Part shown: one piece after another, positions 36,210-42,281 of the stretch
Position numbering within the stretch: the first letter of the stretch is position 1
Layout: every line of letters begins with the position of its first letter
Source of the DNA: Chiloscyllium plagiosum
Lineage: Eukaryota
NCBI RefSeq assembly: GCF_004010195.1
Contig: NC_057719.1
Coordinates: forward strand, 14,506,364-14,548,644
DNA: 42,281 nucleotides
Reading direction: 5' to 3'
Position numbers and translations under genes: made by a program
Notes under the pieces: model-generated
The model's database searches: none
What the model was told of the DNA's origin: nothing
Seen by the model: only the letters and a program-made list of their open reading frames with translations

Positions 36210-37470
36210 CTTGTTCGAGACTGTCCCACAAGGGGGAATATCTGTTTACCATCCACCTTAACAATCTCCCTTTAGAACTTTATATACTTTGATCATAGCC
36301 CCCCCTCATTCTTCAGAACTCCAGTAGGTACAAGCCCAAGCTATTCAATCGCTCCTCACATGACAGCCCTTTCATCCCTGGAATTAACCTGGTGAATCTC
36401 CAATGGCACCATATCCTTCGTCAACTCAAGGAGACCAAAACTGGACACAATATTCCAGGTTAGTCTTACCAATGTCTTATATAATTGTAACAACATTGGC
36501 AGCACGGTGGCACAGTGGTTAGCACTGCTGCCTCACAGCGCCAGAGACCCGAGTTCAATTCCTGCCTCAGGCGACTGACTGTGTGGAGTTTGCACGTTCT
36601 CCCTGTGTCTGCATGGGTTTCCTCCGGGTGCTCCAGTTTCCTCCCACAGTCCAAAGATGTGCAGGTCAGGTGAATTGGCCATACTAAATTGCCCGTAGTG
36701 TTATGTAAGGGTAAATGTAGGGGTATGGGTGGGTTGCGCTTCGGCGGGGCGGTGTGGACTTGTTGGGCCAAAGGGCCTGTTTCCACACTGTAAGTAATCT
36801 AATCTAATTTATAACCCATGCCAGGATTCCATTCGCCTTTCTGACTATATGCTGCACCTACTTGCCCACTTTCTGTGATTCGTGCACAAAGATGGCCACA
36901 TCCATCTGCACTGACACACTTTGAATCTGCTTCCCAATTAAACAATAATTTGCCTTTTTATTTTTCCAAACAAAAGGACAACTTTGTGCTTATCCACATT
37001 AAACTCCACCTGACTGATTCTGACCCATTCTCCTAGCCAATCAATATCCATCTGTAAACTCTTTATCTCCTCATCACTGGGCGAAAGTGAGCACTGCAGA
37101 TGCTGGAGATTAGAGTCCAGAGTGTGGTGCTGCAAAAGTACAGCAGGTCAGGCAGCATCTGAGGAGCAGGAAAATTGACATTTCGGGCAAAAGCTCTTCA
37201 TCAGGAATCTACTTTCCCACCTATTTTAGTATCATCCACAAATTTTGCTATGTTACACTCAGTCTCTACTTGCAGATCATTTATACAGATTGTAAATAGT
37301 TGAGGTCTGAGAACTAAACCCTGAGGCAACCCACTAGCTATAGCTCACCATCCAGAGAAGGATCCATTATCCCAACCCTCTGCTTTCTGTTAGTCAGCCA
37401 ATCCTCCATCCAAGTCAACACTCTACCATTAACGCCCTGGGATCTAACCTTCTGGATCAGTCTTTCATGC
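36210..37470 (-). mobile_element. Decayed CR1 LINE with nested full-length HE1 SINE (+, 36497-36808) and PLE terminus (-, 37079-37208)
   Basis: Encodes LQMDIDWLGEW..QVEFNVDK, and the host is collinear across the inserts. Confidence 0.85.
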
Positions 37471-38007
37471 GGCTACCGCCACGCAGTGGCAGTTGGAGGT
37501 TCCGCTTGTTGAGGAACTACTGGCCAATCAGAGGCAGCACTCTTTGGGAACAGTGACTGCTACAGGTAATGCTCCAGTAAAATCATCGTAGGAACCCTCT
37601 ACTCAGGCAAGGATATCACAGGATATACAGATGGCAGGGGTTTCAAAGGTGAGGACTTACTGGAGAGCCTCCACTTCCTGATGCCAGGTCCCTTGATTGG
37701 GCACAAAGTGCCAGGCAAATAAAAAGTTCCTTCATAGGCTGCTGACTAACCTAACAACATGTATTGAGCAGCCTTCAAGAGGCGTATGAAAGCAGTTTGA
37801 TCCCTACTTAATCCATTGAGTCAATACTGAACACTGGTCGGCTCAGGCATAATTGGTATCAACTGGTTCATTTAGGAGCCTAATTAACATTTCACCACAG
37901 TAGAGAAGTTTTCACATGGGATTGGATCGTCCTGCCTCCATCTTAATCATAAGACAATCTCCCGCCAACAGACTAATGGGCACGACTGCCATAAGTCTCA
38001 TCTTGAT

Positions 38008-38330
38008 GAGGCACCGTGGCTCAGTGGTTAGCAATGCTTCCTCACAGTGCCAGGGGACCCAGGTTTGATTCCAACCTCGGGAAACTGCCTGTGTGGGCAC
38101 TGCATGTTCTATCCCCTCCCCCGTTGGTGTGGATTTCTACCAGATGCTCTGGTTCCCTCTCACAGTCCAAAGACATGCAGGTTGGGTGGAGTGGCCATGC
38201 GAAATTGTCTAGGCTGTGCAGGCTAGCTGTGGTAAGAACACTATGCACAGTTACAGGGATGGGATGCTCTTTGGAGGGTTGGTGCAGGCTTGGGCTGAAA
38301 GGCCTCATTCTTCATTGTAGAGATTCTACA
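38008..38330 (+). mobile_element. HE1 SINE, older
   Basis: gtggctcagtggttagca..cagtccaaagacatgcaggtt. Confidence 0.88.
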
Positions 38331-39223
38331 TTGAATTAAATTAATGCTTGAATTTTCTATCTTTATCAATAGAAAATATGATTTCACGAACACATCTTAT
38401 ATATGTTATTGCATGTTCACATTTACTTCTAACGTCTGAAAATGAGACAATAATGAGTAGTCAGTGCCTCTAATGATACTCCAAATAACTCTACTTCTCT
38501 CCTTTCTAATTAGTTGTAGGTGAAATAAAATCAAAGTACTGTTACATCAATCTTTCAAGGATGTAAGACTTTAATACAGGAACAGAATTCCTTCTCTGCT
38601 ACCTGATCTCATTTCCCCATCCTTCTATTCCCACTTCAAAAGAAGAAGGTATTTTGACTCTGGGCAGGAAAGCACAAGAGCTCAGCTGGTACACAGCAAT
38701 AGTTAAGCAGTAACAGTGAAAGCTTTGTGGAAAGTCAGAAGGACACTGGGAGGTCTGAAAGTGGTCCTTTTGTCACTTAAAATGCCTTTGCTCAACCTCA
38801 GAATCACTTCTGCAACAGTACAACCTTTCCCCCAAGTATAAACCAGTGAAAAGTCTGAATGACGTTGATCTGATTCGTTCACCACAGGACAGTGCTCCAG
38901 TATGACCAGTGCATTCATTTCCAAGTATTACAGGTTTTTTTTACTGTTTGCTTTCCCCCCCTCTGAGTTGTAAATTCTTCTGAGCAGAAAAGCATAAATT
39001 TCTTGCAAATTGTGTAACTGCGAATTGTGACTCCGAAACTTAAATTTACTCAGGACCCTTGACCATCACCAGGATGGAGAGACCTTCAGCATCTCAGCCA
39101 CAATTGGACAAACATTTTAAAACATGAATCAATCATCTCTTCATTGAATTACTTTGATTCACAAAGTAATGCACAGGGCAAAGCTTAATTACAAAGTAGC
39201 ATCAATATCACTCCAGAGATCAG

Positions 39224-39315
39224 TTTCTCCTCGGATGCTGCCTGAACTGCTGTGCTCTTCCAGCACCACTAATCCAGAATCTGGTTTCCAGCATCTGCAG
39301 TCATTGCTTTTACCT
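39224..39315 (+). mobile_element. PLE terminus fragment
   Basis: ctcctcggatgctgcctgaactgctgtgc; near-identical to 40203-40300. Confidence 0.75.
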
Positions 39316-39518
39316 TTTTACTTCATCATCAGCAGCTATAGCATAACAATGCTGCTATCACAAATTACTATCCTTAGCCCTCTGTGGATAACTCAACAGA
39401 AAACATTTCTTTCAAGTGATATGCCAGTTTATTTTGTACACAGTAAAATCATTGTACAAATTCCACGGTGTCTGCACAGGAAAAGAAATAAGTAGTGTGA
39501 GTGCCCCATGTTTCCAAT

Positions 39519-39735
39519 GAGTTATGTTCAGTGCCTGGAGCAACATTTATTCCTCAGACAGCATCAACAAGTGGATTATCTGGTCATTATCAATTGCTTT
39601 ACATGGGACCTTGCTAAATCCAAAGCAGTTGCCATGTTTCCTAAACTACAATAACGATTCCACTTAAAATGTACTGCTTCGGCTGCAAAATGCTTCTGGT
39701 ACATCTTGCAATCTTGAAAGTGTTTTATAATTACT
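39519..39735 (+). mobile_element. DeuSINE (SacSINE1-like) 3' half
   Basis: caacatttattcctca..gattatctggtcattatca..ccatgtttcctaaactacaa..cacttaaaatgtact..ggctgcaaaatgctt resembles the Deu-domain and tail as I recall them. Confidence 0.65.
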
Positions 39736-39897
39736 TTTTTTTACTTATACAACTTACAGCTAAAACTTATTTTACTTAAGTATGTTCACACTGCTCATAC
39801 CGTCCACATAGAAAAAGGACAACTACAATGTTTAAAATGTATGTAACACACTGCATTTGAAACACCACATTGTTAAAGTAGAACTTTAGGGTTCTAC

Positions 39898-40176
39898 TTT
39901 AGGTTTAGGGTGAGAGGGGAAAGATATAAAAGGGACCTAAGGGGCAACTTTTTCACACAGTGAGTGGTACGTGTATGGAATGAGCTGCCAGAGGAAGTGG
40001 TGGAGGCTGGTACAATTGCGACATTTAAGAGGCATTTGGATGGGTATATGAATAGGAAGGGTTTGGAGGGATATGGGTGCTGGCAAGTGGGACTAGATTG
40101 GGTTGGGATATCTGGTCGGCATGGATGTATTGGACTGAAGGGCTCGTTTCCATGCTGTACATCTCTATGACTCTAT
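39898..40176 (+). mobile_element. HER1 3' end
   Basis: Encodes VRVWNELPEEVVEAGTI..FKRHLD, with a ctctatgactcta tail. Confidence 0.9.
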
Positions 40177-40198
40177 AATTTGCTGTTACTAATGACTA

Positions 40199-40300
40199 GA
40201 TTATCTTCCTGCTCCTCGGATGCTGCCTGAATTGCTGTGCTCTTTCAGCACCACTAATCCAGAATCTGGTTTCCAGCATCTGCAGTCATTGTTTTTACCT
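40199..40300 (+). mobile_element. PLE terminus fragment
   Basis: ttcctgctcctcggatgctgcctga..ccagcatctgcagtc. Confidence 0.75.
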
Positions 40301-40667
40301 ATTAGTTGTATATCTTCATCAGTAATAGACATTTTATTTTCACTGCCCCTGATATTGTTGTTAAAATGAATCACTGCAGATGCAAACTCACAGCTCCACA
40401 TTTGATAGCGACATTGTCAGGTTATAACTATTCAAAATTACCTGTGGAGCCATATAGTTGCTACTTTGTAATTAAGCTTTGATTTCTGATTTGATGTACA
40501 TGCGAACCAAAGGAATTAGATTCTGAGGAACCCTGTTTGCACTCTGATACAGCTGGCATTGGCCAGATTCTCCAAAGGAAGGAAAACTGATGTCTTCCTG
40601 CCAACACAGTATACATTGAGAGACAGGAACAGCAGCAGTTTACACTTTAAGCTAATTAGCTTGTCGG

Positions 40668-40915
40668 AGAGGCGGTGGCCAAGTGGTAGTATTGCTGGAC
40701 TATAAATCCAGAGGTTCAGGTAATATTCCTGGGGAACCAGATTCAAATCCCATCATAGCAGATGGTGGAATTTGAATTTGATAAAAATCAGGAATTAAGT
40801 GACTAATGATTGATTTTCGGGGAAAAGCCCATCTGTTCATTAATGTCCACCCTGACCTGGTCTGACCTACAATGTAGTTGACTCTGAGCTGTCCTCTGGG
40901 CAATAGGAATGGGAA
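40668..40915 (+). mobile_element. tRNA-derived SINE (31-390 family)
   Basis: ggtggccaagtggtagtattgctggactataaatccagag..gattcaaatcc A/B-box-like head. Confidence 0.8.
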
Positions 40916-41393
40916 AAAGATTTAAGGCCCTTCAACATTTGAACAGCAGATTAACAACCCAATAGAGACAGTTGGATTCATTCCTAATCGAATCCCAGTT
41001 AGGGAGTACTCCAACTTCCGTTCAGGGGTTTTCCTTGTCTCACAGTGGGACCTCCCCCAGTAATAATCACTCCTGTGGTTCTCTCACTACACCAGTGGAG
41101 AGTTTGTTCAGTCACCAGAGCCTGCCTTAATGGACCTCGCATATTAAAAAAGAAACTCTGAGTATTCTTCAAGAACATAGAGAAACCTCACCATCTGTCT
41201 GTAGCTCCTGCAGCAGCAGTCATCTCCACGGGTGACACTGCCAAAGTCACTAAGCGTCTGAACAAACCATTGGCTCAGAGAGGCAGACCACTGTCCTTAA
41301 TGGGGTAGCTATCTCAACAGTAGCCTCTGGAATGGCATTCGATAGTAACTTCACTCCACAGATCCATCATCTGTCAATGCAAGCTAGAAACCA

Positions 41394-41547
41394 TCTCCAG
41401 TATGAATGTGTAGGTGTTGTTACATTGACTTAGTCTCCTTGACTGGAATTTTACTAACACGACGGGGATTCCATCATCTAAATCAAATGATCAACTGAAT
41501 CAAAGGAGTCTAGGTCAGTGTAACACCTACACATTTATACCGGAGGA
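41394..41547. repeat. About 50-bp imperfect inverted repeat with about 53-bp spacer
   Basis: tctccagtatgaatgtgtaggtgttgttacattgacttagtctccttga versus the reverse complement of tcaaaggagtctaggtcagtgtaacacctacacatttataccggagga. Confidence 0.8.
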
Positions 41548-42015
41548 CAGTATCCCACAGGAATACCCAGAGGAGGAGAATGTCATGGTGGAACTTGGCT
41601 TCCACAACGAAGTCTGCAAAGTTGCTCATTGACCTTCCCATTATTATTGATGGTACATGACATGTGGCAAGGAAAAATGCTTGTCTTTTTGTTGGCTAAT
41701 ACTGAACTTTTCTGTTAGGTTTTGGGTTTTCATGTTCAGCTAAAGGACTTGAAGACCTCAACCAGATGCTTTCACACAGGAATCTGTTTCAAAAGGCAAG
41801 TATTCTTTTCCACCACAATGTATAAATTGAGATAGACTAGTGATCAAGGAACTCTGCCAAATCTAGTGTTATCCAAAAAAGCAGTATAAAAACATACAGT
41901 TTACAAATTTCTTAGTAGAACCCTCTATCATTTACAGCAAGCAAATAAACTTGCATCAATGCAGCCAATAAGGAAGAGGAACTGCAGATATTTTCTCAAT
42001 CCTTTATTGCCAGGT

Positions 42016-42281
42016 TATAGATAAATGATTGGAGCTCTTTCTGGGGTAGGTGGGACCTCTACAAACAGGATGGTCTTCATCTAAACCAGAGGGGTACCAA
42101 TATCCTGGGTGGGAAATTCACTAAAGCTATTAAGGTGGATTTAAACTAATACAGCAGGGGGATGGGAACCAAAATTGTAGGACAGGTACAGAAGAGGATG
42201 AGAGTAGAGAGTTCCAAAATCAAGTATCTGACACTGGCAAGCGAGAACCTGGTTTGAAGTGTGTGTACTTCAACGCAAGGA
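42016..42281 (+). mobile_element. CR1 LINE: ORF1 (SGNH esterase) C-terminus and ORF2 (APE endonuclease) N-terminus, running off the window
   Basis: 42027-42149 encodes DWSSFWGRWDLYKQDGLHLNQRGTNILGGKF..LN*, and the -1 frame continues to GLKCVYFNAR. Confidence 0.9.

Noticed and set aside
25092..42281. Search for the preceding short LTBP2 exon (NVCGGQCCPGW-like)
   Set aside because: No matching minus-strand sequence was found by eye; it probably lies beyond the window

Overview
This is eukaryotic, repeat-dense DNA from a cartilaginous fish (shark-type HE1 SINEs and HER1/CR1 LINEs). The window appears to be almost entirely intronic sequence of a minus-strand LTBP2-like gene. Only one exon is visible: 24818-25091, an EGF-like module ([31 protein letters not shown]) with canonical AG/GT borders. 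The rest is CR1/HER1 LINE fragments, HE1 and other tRNA-derived SINEs, a DeuSINE-like remnant, three TA-flanked MITEs, many Penelope-like element (PLE) termini and a 2.6 kb two-phase minisatellite. Four signals stand out. (1) PLE termini carry minimal hammerhead-ribozyme motifs, and one 90-bp TSD-flanked insertion begins at the predicted self-cleavage site. (2) Several PLE copies are fold-back insertions with 13-15 bp flanking direct repeats. (3) A CR1 ORF1/ORF2 junction has an in-phase U UUA AAC slippery heptamer and no ORF2 ATG. (4) The satellite changes unit length from 16 to about 22 bp and has an incipient 107-bp higher-order repeat. Family names come from recognition of motifs, not database searches, and repeat boundaries are approximate unless TSDs are given.
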